Below are positions 48,225 to 61,215 of a stretch of 64,000 bases of DNA, one piece after another. The stretch lies in the NCBI GenBank assembly GCA_038087875.1, contig CM075996.1:7008001-7072000 (forward strand), given 5' to 3'. Source of the DNA: Malacoraja senta. Its lineage: Eukaryota. The position numbers were made by a program, and so were the translations under genes. The notes beneath the pieces were generated by a model. That model was not told the origin of the DNA. It made no database searches and saw nothing but the letters and a program-made list of their open reading frames with translations. The number at the start of each line of letters is the position of its first letter. Positions within the stretch are counted from its first letter, which is position 1.

Positions 48225-50534
48225 TTAGTTTCAGCTACAAAGTCTAACATCCTTTATGGTTAGAGATTGGAAAATCGGGACTGTACCCTGGTGCATGGAA
48301 CAACCGGGTTCCTGGTCCATTTTCTGAGCAAGGGTCTCGACCCGAAACGTCACCCATTCCTTCTCTCCAGAGATGCTGCTTGTCCCGCTGAGTTACTCCA
48401 GCATGTTGTGACTACCTTCATGGAAGGACCGTTCAGAAGCTCCATTTTCACACTGGGGATTACATTAGTTTAGCCCTTCGGCCCACCGGGTCTGCACTGC
48501 AGGGCCTGCACACTAGTTCTACACACTATCCTAATCACAAGGGGTGGCACGGTGGCGCAGCGGTAGAGGTACTGCCTCACAGCGCCAGAGACCCGGGTTC
48601 GATCCTCCCCGTGACCTGCATGGGTTTTCTCCGAGATCTTCGGTTTCTTCCCACACCTCAAAGACGTGCAGGTTTGCAGGTTAATTGGCCTGGTATGTAC
48701 ATGTAAATTGTCCCTAGTGTGTGTAGGATAGTGCTAGTGTGCGGGGATCGCTGTTCGGCGCGGACTCGGTGGGCTTGTTTCCGTGATGTATCTCTAAACT
48801 AAACTAGGCACAATTTACCAACAAACCTGCGGGTCTTTGTAACGTGGGAGGACAGCGGAGCACCCGGAGAAAGCCCAAGTGGTCACGGGGAGAGCGTACA
48901 AACTCCGCACTGACTGCGCGGGTTGGAAGCCGGGTCTCTGGCGCCGTGAGGCAGCAACTCTACCTGCTGCGTCACCCTGCCACTCTCAGCACTGGCACAA
49001 CTTGTTTGTGGGGCAGTGCGTTCTCCTCCCTAACAAAGTAGGAAGTGTATAATGCAGAAGCTTTTACTCGGGGAAAGTTTGAAAGAAAAGGACGCTGGTC
49101 ACATGCATTGGTAAGGGCGTGAGTTCTGGAATGAGAAATCGCTCCGTATCTGTCACCAATCCTCGGTCGGCCTGTAATTCCTCTCACATTCTGAGCAGCA
49201 CGTTCCATAAGGGGAATTCTGGAAGCATTTTGCCTCAGAACATTTTTTAGTTTTAGTTATAGAGATATGGCATGGGAACAGGCCCTTCGGCCCACCGAGT
49301 CCAACCTCTGCACTCAGAAGATCATGATGAGCGAGGCCTGTTCTCCCACAAGCTTATCTTTGGTTGCGACAGTCCAGAAGGTGGAGATAGGACCACCCAA
49401 GGATTGGTGGTAGAGAAGATAGACACAAAATACTGGAGTAACTCTGCGGGTCAAGCAGCATCTGTGGACAAAAGGAATAGGCGACCTTTCAGATCGAGAC
49501 CCTTTTTGGTTTAGTTTAGAGATACAGCTCGGAAACAGGCCCTTTGGCCCTCCGAGTCCATGCCAACCAGTGATCCCCACACACATAAACACCATCCTAC
49601 ACGCACTAGGGACAATTTCCAATTTTACCAAGCCAATTGACCTACAAACCTGTACGTCTTTGGAGTGTGGGAGGAAACCGGATTTCCAGGAGAAAACCCA
49701 CGGAGGTCACGGGGAGAACGTACAAACTCCGTACGTTCTGGTGCTCCAGTTTCCTCCCACGTTCCAAAGACATGCAGGTTTGTAGGTTAATTGGCTTCTG
49801 TAAATTGTCCCTAATTTATGGGATAGAAGTAGTGTTTGGGGGATCGGGAGGACTCAGTTGGCCGAAGGGTCTGTTTACAATACAATACAATACCGTTTCC
49901 GCGGTGTGTCTTTTGAGAGAGCCCTCCAGATCCGAAGGTGCAGGCAGAACCTCATAGAGATTGGTGGTAGAGAATGATAGACAAGCACCTGTAGTCAGGA
50001 TCGCTGTAAGGCAACAACTCTACCCCTGAGAAGGAATGGGTGATGTTTCAGGTCGTGATACTTCTTCAGACTAGGGAAACGAGAGATAGAGACGATGATG
50101 TAGAGAGATGAAGAACAATGAATGAAAAATATGCTAAAAAGTTATGATGATAAAAGAAACAGGGCATTGTAAGCTGTTTGTTGGGTGAAAACAAGAAGCT
50201 GGTGTGACTTGGGTGGGGGAGGGATAGTGAGAGAGGGAATGCCGGGGTTACTTGAAGTTAGAGAAATCAATATTCATACCACTGGGCTGTAAGGTGTCCA
50301 AGCGAAATATGAGATGGTGTTCCTCCAATTTGCGTTTAGCCTCACTCCGACACTGGAGTAAACTTTGTAGATTGCCTCAGAACTGGAATAAGTCAGAGGG
50401 CCAAGCAACATCTCTGCAACCTTTTGGGAAACCTGTACCAGCACTCCCAAGTCCCTTTGCACCTCCGATTTCTGAATCCTCCTGAGATTTACAAGGTACA
50501 GTTAAAAGCTTTTGTTTGCGTGTTACCCAGTCAA

Positions 50535-50935
50535 AACTTCTCAGTGGATTGTCACCTTGTCGTGGTGGAAAAGCTTGTGTGGTCCTAAGATCCTGAGAAT
50601 GATGCCGTCTGGAGCTATGCTCCTGGTGGGGCCACCCATGGCGGTAAGGTCGAGGGGGAGGTCTCTGACAAAGAGCAATCCAACCAAGACCTGGACGGTG
50701 GAACAGGCGGAGGACGATGGCTGACCTTAGTGGAGCGTCACAACGGCTGGGAAGGCGGATGAAGGCTGCAGCAGAAAAGGGTCTCCGGTTGTCTTGGACT
50801 CCAAGCCACTGGATCCTGACCCAGATCTGTCAAGGACCGTGGGGTGGCTGTCTGTGCACCAGTCTCCCCATGTTAAACAAAGTCACGCACAGGCGTCCTC
50901 CATATAGGGAATAGCACCCTGGACACACCCATGGT
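50535..50935 (+). mobile_element. RTE-type retroposon 5'-region remnant
   Basis: TGTCACCTTGTCGTGGTGG...GCTATGCTCCTGG...GACAAAGAGCAATCCAA resembles the conserved 5' UTR of RTE/Expander elements. This is recognition from memory only. Confidence 0.45.
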
Positions 50936-53900
50936 CAGAGGGGGGGGGGGGGGGGGGGCTAAGAACCCAGTTAAAGAAAAGTCAAAGAAAAGACTGGTCA
51001 ATGAGATAGCTACTATCTACCTCATTGGAGACTCTTGGACTATCTTTGATCGGACTTTACTGGCTTTACCTTGCACTAAAGGTTATTCACGTTATTCCCT
51101 CTATCATGTAACTGTACACAGCGGACAGCTTGATGGTAATCAAGTGTTGTCTTTCCAGTGATTGGTTGTGGCAATAAACTAAACTAAACTAAACTAACCC
51201 AAACTATATAATCGAAGAAAGACACAACATGCTGGAGGAACTCAGCGGGACAGGCAGCGTCTCTGGAGAGAAGGAATGGGTGACGTTTCAGGTCGAGGCC
51301 CTTGTGAGGGGAGAGGGAGACCAAAGGGGACAAAGCTCAAGAAGAATGTAGAATAGATCATTGTTAGCTAGGGGAATGCAACAGCAGGGCGTATAAGGAT
51401 AAACTTTAATAAGGGAGACAGTCAGACTGGTCGGTGACACGGAGATATGGAAGGGTAAAAACGAGAGATGCTGCCTGTCCCGCTGAGTTGCTCCACCGTT
51501 TTGTGTTTATCTTCGGTGTAAACCAGCATCTGCAGTTCCCTCCTACGCGCCGCATCCCAAAGACGAATTTGAGAAAACTTGAAAAGAGGAAGACGAAGCG
51601 ACTGGAAGGAGTTTCCCCTTTCACACTGGGTTGTAAAGTCGCTGCCAGAACGTAGCTTCCTCTTTAACTCATCTCGACAAACCTGCTGCCCGGCTCTGGG
51701 GAAGTGATGAAACTGCAGAGCAACAAGCCAGCGCCTTTGGTCAGTCACACACAGCAAGTGGGAGCAGGTTGGGCGGGGAGAAATGCTTCCCTTGGGCTCT
51801 CCTCTCCCTGCCCAACGTATGCAAAGGCCCTCCGAAGACAGACACAAACAGCTGGAGTAACTCAGGCAGCGTCTCTGGAGAGAAGGAATGGGTGACGTTT
51901 CGGGTCGAGACCCTTCTTCAGACTGGTCAGGGATAAGGCAAACGAGAGATATAGACGATGATGTAGAGAGATAAAGAACAATGAGTCAAGTCAAGTCAAG
52001 TTTTATTTGTCACTTGCACATAAAGTGCAAGTGAAATGAATTTGCCAGCAGCGGTACAATAAAAAAGAACACACAATACACAATAAAAATTTAACACAAA
52101 CATCCACCACAGCATTCATCACTGTGGTGGAAGGCAACAAAGTTTGGCCAGTCCTCCTCCATTTTCCCCCGTGGTCGGGACCTCAACCCTCCGTAGTCGC
52201 TGCTGCGGGCGTCCAGATGTGCAGACAAGGTAAGTCCTGAATTAGTGCCTCCCCACCGGAGACCACGGCTTCAAGATGGTGTAGGCCGCAGGCCGGCGGT
52301 CGAAGATCTAAAGTTCCCGCCGCGCCACCAATGAGTGAAAGTTACGCAAAAAAAGTAAGGATGATAAAGGAAGTTAGCTGTTTGTTGGGTGAAAACGAGA
52401 AGCTGGTGCAACTTGGGTGGGGGAGGGATGGAGAGAGAGGGGGAATGCCGGGGTTACTTGGTTAGAGAAATCAATATTCATACCACTGGGCTGTAGGCTG
52501 CCCAATTGAAATATGAGGTGCTGTCCCTCCAATTTGTATTTAGCCTCACTCTGACAATGGAGGAGGCCCAGGACAGAAAGGTCAGTGTGGGAATGGGAAG
52601 GGGGATTAAAGCAGGTAGGTCCAGGCGGACTGAGCGAAGGTGTTACGCGAAGGAGGAGGATAGAACTGGTATACGGGGAGATTGCTGGTCGGCGTGGACT
52701 TGGTGGGCCAAATGGCCTGTTTCCACGCTGCATCTCTGAAGTCTAAACTCTGGTGGCCTCTTGCCCAGTTCGGTCCATGTGCACGTCAGTGTTTATGCTT
52801 CAGTGCGCAGCTGTGAAGTCGCCTGGTGCACTCTCTCCCACATTAAAGGGTGTCGCAAGAATGCAAATTGCTATCGCTTCTTGCAGCCGGAGGCTTTGCA
52901 GCACATGTGGTGTGGGGGTTTGCACCAGCGCATTCAGCAACGCACCGTGCCCCCTCGTTCATGCAACACCTTCCTGCAGCTTTGCAGAGAACTCCAACCA
53001 AACCTCAGTCACCAGAGCTTATACCCTCAGCCTAACCTGACTATAGTTTAAGTTGCAAGCTGTATTCACACATCATCATCAACACACAGCATTTTTTCCC
53101 TCCTCTCTCATCGGGGGAAAAAGAAGTGTGAAAACGCATAACTCCAGATTCAGAGACAGTTTCTTCCCTGCTGTTATCAGGCAACTGAACCATCCTACCA
53201 ACAACCGTAGAGGGGTCCTGAACTACTACAGTATCTACCTCATTGGAGATCCTCAGACTATCTTTGATCGGGCTTTACCTTGCACTAAACGTTATTCACG
53301 TTATCCCATTTATCATGCATCTGTACACTGTGGACGGCTCGATTGTAATCACGTCATGTCTTTCCGCTGACTGGTTAGCACGCAACGAAAGCTTTTCACT
53401 GTACCTTGGTACACGTGACAATAAACTAAGAGAGTTAAGAATCAAGAGCCTGAAGAATGCATCAGCCTGAAGAAGGGTCTCGACTCCAAACGTCACCTAT
53501 TACTTAGCTCCATAGATGCTGCCTCACCCGCTGAGTTTCTCCAGCGTTTTTGTCTACCTAAGAATCAACAGTGTTTTATTATCATATGTCGCAGATAGAG
53601 CAATGAAATTCTTACTTGCAGCAACACAACACAACACTGCATTCATACGCTCTCCATCCCTCCCCCACCCAAGTCGCACCAACTTCTTGTTTTCACCCAA
53701 CAAACAGCCAACAACGGCCTGTTTCCTTTATCACTGTCACATTTTTGCATATCTTTCGTTCGTTGTTTCTTATCTCTGTGCATCATCGTCTATATCTGCC
53801 AGGGGTGGTGGTGGAGGCAGATACAATAGTGCGCAGGCAGGCAAGAGTTGGTCTCGGCATCATATTTGCCACAGACATTGTGGGCTGAAGAGTGTTGGAA

Positions 53901-54386
53901 GGAACTGCAGATGCTGGTTTAGACCAAAGATAGACACAAAATGCTGGAGTAACTCAGCGGGATGGGCAGCATCTCTGGAGAGAAGGAACGGGTGACGTTG
54001 TGGGTCGAGACCTGAAGTCTGAAGAAGGGTCTCGACCAGAAACGTCGCCCATTCCCTCCTCTCCAGAGATGCTGCCTGTCCCGCTGAGTTACTCCAGCAT
54101 TTTGTGTCTGTCTTCTTTAACTTTCGTTACAGGAAAGTCTTAAAATGACAAGAAAGGGCACGGCATGAAACTTCACAACTTCTGCGCCACCTAAGTGATT
54201 CATGCCTGTCGGTGTCACTTTAAGACCAGTTTCATTTTAGCTTCTTGTGGGAGGTAACTCAACACGCTGTACACACACACACACACACACACACACAGAC
54301 GCCCACAGCAGCCGAGTGTGTGCAGCGAAGGAGAGACTGCAGTCTCCAGCAAAGCAACGGGCGTAAAGACAGAAAAGTTTTCAAAA

Positions 54387-54442
54387 ATGATGAAGAAACA
54401 GCTTAACCGGATGCTACAGTTAGCGAACCACACCTCAGGCAG
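54387..54442 (+). CDS. First coding exon of a BAR-RhoGAP gene of the SH3BP1/ARHGAP17/ARHGAP44 family, most likely SH3BP1 (MMKKQLNRMLQLANHTSG-R); later exons not found in the window
   Basis: aaaa ATG ATG AAG AAA CAG CTT AAC CGG ATG CTA CAG TTA GCG AAC CAC ACC TCA GGC AG | gtaag. Matches the family N-terminus MKKQFNRMxQLANQTVGR, with a phase-2 donor. The MM start, QL and a neighbouring galectin favour SH3BP1. Confidence 0.85.
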
Positions 54443-57400
54443 GTAAGAGTGCAGAGAAATCCGCGTTATGCTTCCTGGAGGCTTTCGACAAGTGTTTTTT
54501 GCAATACTCAATTTAGGAAGTTAAGGGCTTGCTGTTTGGCTTGCCTGCAGCAAAATTCTTTCGTTACAGTGGAAAGCTGAGAGTTTCCCCTGTCAGGTAG
54601 TAAATGCCTGTCTTGATGAATTGTCCGGCTCTGAATCTGTGGAATTCTTTGCCACAGACGGCTGTGGTGGAAAAGTCAGTGGATTTTTTTTAAGGCAGAG
54701 ATGGATAGATTCTTGATTTGTGCGGGTGTCAGGAGTTATGGGAAGAAGGCAGGAGAATGGGTTAGGAAGGAGAGATAGATCGGCCATGATTGAATGGCGA
54801 AGTAGACTTGATGGGCCGAATGGCCTAATTCTACTCCTATCACTTATGACCTTATGATCCTATGAGCAGTTGGGAGTTTGTGAGCACCGGAGGAGACTGG
54901 AAGCATGAGCCTCTCCTCTGACTTCATTGATCTTTAACCCGTTCAGTGCCATACTTGGCCAGTAGTGGAAAACAAAACTTGGCAGTGAACAGGTTAATGG
55001 ATGATCATAACCCGAGGAATGTGTCCACAGTAACGTCCCCTCTTCCTCTGGCTCCTGCGCTTCTGCTGTTGCACAAATAACCTCAATAAGCAAAAGAACA
55101 AGGTGCTGGAGGAACTCAGCAGACCAGGCAGCATCTGTGGAGGGGACGGACAGGCAACATTTTGTGTCGGGATCCCTCTTCAGTCTGAAGACACAGAACG
55201 TCGCCTGTCCGTTTCCCTCCACAGATGCTGCCTGACCCGCTGAGTTCTTCCAGCAATTTTTTTTTTCCGCGCAGGATTCCAGCACCTGGGGTCTCTTGTG
55301 TCTCTATTTTACTTCTCCACGGGGAAATCTCCCTCGAGGAATGGCTACCAGCTGCGCGGCGGTGGAGTTGCTGATTCGCAGCGCCAGAGACCCGGGTTCG
55401 ATCCTGACCATGGGTGCTGCCTGTACGGAGTTTGTATGTTCTCCCCGTGACCGCGTGGGCTTTCTCCGTGTGCTCCGGTTTCAATAGACAATAGGTGCAG
55501 GAGTAGGCCATTCGGTGATCAATGTGATCATGGCTGATCATCCCCAATCAGTACCCCGTTCCTGCCTTCTCCCCATATCCCCTGACTCCGCTATCTTTAA
55601 GAGCCCTATCTAGCTCTCTCTTGAAAGTATCCAGAGAACTGGCCTCCACCGCCCTCTGAGGCAGAGAATTCCACACTCCAAAGACCTACAGAGGTGAAGA
55701 CCTCCAAAGATTTGTGCGTTAATTAGCTTTGGTAAAAATTCTAAACTGTCCCTAGTGTGTAGAATAGTGCTAGTGTGTGGGGATCGCAAACTCAGTGGGC
55801 GGAAGAGTTTGTTTCCTCGTTGCATCTCCAAACTAAACTAAACTAAACTAAACTAAGCCTACATTGAGGCCGTGTTCCACCATTTTCCATTGTGGGCCAA
55901 AGCACGTATTCTTGTGTTGCAGTGTTAAATGTTCATTCTGAAAGGAATTCCAAGGCATTCTCTCTCACTGTTCCCCCTTTGTGGTTCCTTCTGCTCTGCT
56001 GCTCCTTGACCATGAGTCTGAACCCAAACCATCGGACTGAAGAGGCCTCCAGACCAGAAACATCGTCAGAACTTTCCCCTCCACAGAGGCTGCCTGACTC
56101 ACCGAGTTCCTCCAGCACTTTGCTCGAGATTCCCGCATCTCTTGCTTCAGCCATGATCAGCAGCTCCCGTGGTTGAAGTAATGACGTGGATTTTGGGGAA
56201 ATAACTTCTGCACTGAGCAGTAGCTGTCCGCCGCAAGACGGAATCTAACTGCCTGGCAGGCATTACCGTGGCTGAGTTCCCCGACATTAACAAGGGGCAG
56301 CACAGTGGCGCAGCTGGTGGAGCTGAAGAAGGGTCTCGACCCGAAACGTCACCCATTCCTTCTTTCCAGAGATGCTGCCTGTCCCACCGAGTTACTCCAG
56401 CATTTTGTGTCGATGGCTGGTAGATGAGCTGCTGCCTCACAACTCCAGAGCCCGGGTTCAATCCTGATGTCAGGTGCTGTCTGTGCGGAGTTTGCACGTT
56501 CTCCCTGTGACCACGTGGGTTTTCTGTGGGTGCTCCGGTTTCCTCCCATACCTCCAAAGACGTACTGGTTTGCAGGTTAATTGGCTTCGGTAAAGTTGTA
56601 ATTGTCCCTAGTGTGTGGAGGATGGTGTTAATGTGTGGGGTGATCGCTGGACGGCGCAGAGTCGGTGGGCCCAAGGGTCCGGTTTCCATGCTGTATCTCT
56701 AAAGCCTAACGGTCCTCATTGAAACGTACAGAATAGTGAACGGCTTGGATAGAGTGGATGTGGAGAGGATGTTTCCACTAGTGGGAGAGTCTAGGACCAG
56801 AGGGCACAGCCTCAGAATTAAATGACGCTTTTTAGGAATGAATAAAGCAATAAGTTTATTGGCCAAGTATTCACATACAAGGAATTTGCCTTGGTGCTCT
56901 GCTCGCAAGTGACAACATGACATACAGTGACAGTTAAGAATGATACATAAAACATTAAACATTAATAATGAGATGAGGAGAAATTTCTTTAGTCAGAGGG
57001 TGGTGAATCTGCGTAATTCTTTGCCACAGAAGGCTACGGAGGCAAAGTCACTAGATATTTCTAAGGCGGAGATAGGTGGATTCTTGTGTTAAAGAAGGAA
57101 CTGCAGATGCTGGAAAATCGAAGGTACACAAAAATGCTGGAGAAACTCAGCGGGTGCAGCAGCATCTATGGAGCGAAGGAAATAGGCAACGTTTCGGGCC
57201 GAAACCTTTCTTCTAGGTAGATTCTTGATTAGTACAGGTGTCAGAGGTTATGGGGAGAAGGCAGGAGAATGGTTAGGAGGGAGAGATAGATCAGCCATGA
57301 TTGAATGGTGGAGTAGACGATGGCCTTATTCTACTCCCATCCCTTATGACCCAATAAGGCTATTGATATAATCAGGAAAGTTTGCACTATCCAGGATTAA

Positions 57401-57871
57401 GTGGTCTCCCTGAGTTGCAAGTTGTCAACCACCCGAAGCATTCAATCCTTCCATCACCAGTGCTGTGTGGCTGTAGAAACATCTACACAAGGTTCCTTTC
57501 CTCCAGGCTGCTCCTTCTAAACCTACAATGACGTCCACAACCAAGAAGGACTGAGACAGTTGGTGCATGGGAACACCACTTGTAGATTCCTCCATCAAAT
57601 GGAGATATGTTTTCTGTTCCGTATTATGTTTACTATATTCTGTTGTGCTGCAGCAAGCAAGAATTTCATTGTCCTATCTGGGACACATGACAATACAACT
57701 CTCTTGACTTGACTTGATATGTTGCCATTGTTACCTAGTTTAGTTTAGTTTAGTTTAGTTGCGTTCATAAGTGACGGGAGCAGAATTAGGCCATTCAGCC
57801 CAACAGGTCTATTCTGCCATTCAATCCTGGCTGATCTAACTTTAGTTTAGTTTGTAGATTGCCTTGTTAGT

Positions 57872-60540
57872 AAGTAAGTTTATTGGCCCAGTATTCACAC
57901 ACAAGGAATTTGCCTTGGTGCTCCGCCACAAGTAACAACATGACACACAGTGACAGTTACGAATGACTCAGAAAACACGAAACATTAATAATAATAAGAC
58001 ATTAATGATTAAACACCATTGATCAAGCATGTGAACCAACAAAATACCAGATCAAAGGAGGCTACAGATTTTGGCTGTTGAGTAGAGCAACTACTCGTGG
58101 ATAAAAACTGTTTTTATGTCTGGCTGTGGCAGCTTTGACAATCCGGAGTCGCCTTCCAGAGGGAAGTGATTCAAAGAGTTTGTGGCCAGGGTGAGAGGGG
58201 TCAGAGATGATCTTGCCCGCTCGCTTCCTGGCCCTTGCAGTGTACAATTCATCAATGGAGGGAAGGTTGCAGCCAATAACCTTCTCAGCTGATCGGACGA
58301 TTCGCTGCAGCCTCCAGGTGTCGTGCTTGGTGGCTGAGCCAAACCAGACCATGATGGAGAAGGTGAGAACAGACTCTACGATGGCCGTATAGAATTGGAC
58401 CATCATTGCCTGCGGCAGATTGTGCTTCCTCAGCTGCCGCAGGAAGTACATCCTCTGTTGTGCCTTTTTGACTGTGGAGTCGATGGTAGCCCCCCACTTA
58501 ATGTCCTTGGAGATGATGGTTCCCAGGAACTTAAAAAACTCCACAGATGTGACTGTGGTGTTGTTGATGGTGAGTGGGATGAGGGGAGGGGGAGCTCTCC
58601 TAAAGTCTACAATCAATTCCACTGTCTTAAGAGCATTGAGCTCTAGGTTGTTGCTACGGCACCAGGACGCCAGTTGTGTCACTTCCTGTCTGTAGGCAGA
58701 TTCCTCCCCATCCTGGATCAGTCCAATCAGGGTTGTGTCGTCTGCAAACTTGAGAAGCTTGACAGAGGAGTCCGTGGAGGTGCAGTCGTTGGTGTAGAGA
58801 GAGTAGAGGAGAGGAGAGAGTACGCAGCCTTGCGGTGCTCCTATGCTGAGCCTTTGCGGGTCCGAGATGTGCTTTCCCAGCCTCACATGCTGCTTCCTGT
58901 CTGTCAGGAAGCTGGTGATCCACTGACAGAGGGGTTCAGGCACAGTCAACTCAGAAAGTTTGGAGTGTAGTAGCTCTGGCACAATGGTGTTGAATGCAGA
59001 GCTCAAATCAACAAACAGGATCCTCGCATAGGTCCCCTGGTGGTCTAGGTGCTGTAGGATGAAGTGCAGGCCCAGGTTGACTGCATCATCCACAGATCTA
59101 TTGGCCCGATATGCAAACTGCATAGGATGCAGCAGGGGGGTCGTGATATTTTTCAGCTTGGCCAGCACAAGCCTTTCGAGTGTCTTCATGACTGTAGAGG
59201 TCAGTGCGACAGGCCTGTAGTCATTAAGACAAGTAATCCTTGCCTTTTTGGGTACAGGGACAATAGTGGAGACTTTGAAGCAGGCTGGGACAGTACATGT
59301 TTGCAGGGACTGGTTGAAAATGTCTGTGTAGACAGCTGTTTGACACAGAGCTTAAGAGTAGAGGGGGAAACATTGTCAGGTCCTGGAGATTTCCGGCTTT
59401 TTTGTCTTCTGAAAAGCCTCTCCACCTCTTCTATTTTTATTGTTGATATAGGATAAGTGATGTGTGCAGCACAGAGGGTGTGGGTGATTGGGTGTGAAGT
59501 AGTGTTAAAGAAGGAACTACAGATGCTGGAAAATAGAAGGTGCACAAACATGCTGGAGAAACTCAGCGGGTGCAGCAGCATCTATGGAGCAAAGGAAATA
59601 GGAAACGTTTCGGGCCGAAACCCTTCTTCAGAGATTGGAGGGGGGTGGGTGTAGAAGGGCCCAGTCTTTGCAGACTGAGGTCAGGCTGTGAGTGGGTGTG
59701 AATTGTTGGTTGGGGTGGAAAATGGTGCAATCTTTTCGTACTGGAGTCTTGCCTTAAGTAGGTGTGAAGTGGTGAATGGGGAGGAGAGGGTGCAGGGTCC
59801 ATTCTTTGTAGACTGGGGTCTGGCTGTGGTTGATGGGGGAGGGGGTACCAGGGTTACGTTTCTGATTTTCAAATCTGCAGTAAAACTCATTCAGGTCGTT
59901 GGGTAGCTGACGATTGTCCAAAGAGCGGGGGGCTTTCCTCTTGTGGCTGGTAATTTCTTGCAAGCCCCTCCAAACTGAAGAAGTGTCACTAGCTGAGAAC
60001 TTGCTCCTCAACTTCTCAGAGTACCTTTTCTTGGCAGCTCTGATTCCTCTTCTCAGCTTGTACTTGGCCTGCCTGTAGAAGTCTGCATCCCCGCTCCTGT
60101 AGGCCTCCTCTTTAGGACCATCGGAGCTGTCTGAGTTCTGCAGTGAACCAGGGCTTGTTGTTGTTGTTGAACCATGTCCGGGTCTTAGTTGGAATGCAAC
60201 TGTCCTCGCAAAAGCTGACATATAATAATAATAATATTAAGGGCGCCTTATATCAAAGTCTCAAGGACACCTTACAGAGTTTAACAAGAAACATATAATC
60301 GGAGTAAAATAAATTATAAAGACATCGCCAATACACAAATTAAAGACAGAATTCGATCCAAAGACACAAAAAAAATAATCAGAAACACAATGTGAAGAGA
60401 GAGTGTCCGTATACTCATTGAGGCTTGTGGTTGCTTCCCTGAACACATTCCAACCCGTGCAGTCAAAGCAGGATTGTAGGTTCTCAAGGCCCTCGCTTGT
60501 CCACCTTTTTGTTGTGGTCTGACCACAGGCTTAGCAGCTT
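57872..60540 (-). mobile_element. Rex1/Babar-clade LINE, 5'-truncated, interrupted by PLE-module and other insertions
   Basis: ORF 58062-59189 ([37 protein letters not shown]). Upstream ORF2 pieces extend to ~60220 and 60405-60540. A PLE module is inserted at ~59500-59630. Confidence 0.88.
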
Positions 60541-61029
60541 TTAGATAAGAAAGTTGCCCCTCGGGTTCCCATTAAATCTTTCCCCCATCATCTTAAACCT
60601 ATGTCCTCTGGTCCTTGATTACCCTTGCTCTGGCTAATGAGTCCCATCTACCCCATTGGAGACCATGGAACAATCTTCAATCAAACTTTATCCTATATCT
60701 GTACACTGTGGGCGGCTTGATGGTAACCATCTATGATTGTAACCATGTACAGTCTTTTTGCTGACTGGATAGCACACAACAAAAAGCATTTCACGTGACG
60801 GTAATAAACTAAACTAAAATAAATAAAGAAGTCTGAAGTCTCGATCCGAAACGTCGCCGATTCCTTCGCTCCATATATGCTGCCTCACCCGCTGAGTTTC
60901 TCCAGCATTTTTGTCTACCTTAAATAAACACACGGAGCTTTTATTGTAGATTCGCAGTTTGCAAAATTAATCAAAACTGCGATTCATGCCGTCTGCAAAC
61001 AGCCTTCATCAGGTTACAGTTGGCAGCCG

Positions 61030-61215
61030 TGTTCATGATGCGCTCGAGCGTCCCGCGGTGACAAGAGTTCACGGAAGGCCTCAAGATCCCATGGACACAA
61101 TGTGCTCCTTCTCCAGGGACACGCGGGACCGGACGTAGGTACGGAAGATGGGCAGGCGGTCGGTCGTCTCGGGCAGAACCCTCGACTGCCCGCTTCCTTG
61201 ACCCGCTGGCTGTTC
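61030..61215 (-). mobile_element. Tx1-like (L1 clade) ORF2 C-terminal remnant
   Basis: Frameshifted reading of RAVEGSARDD..LPIFRTYVRSRVSLEKEHIVSMG..EAFRE. Confidence 0.6.
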
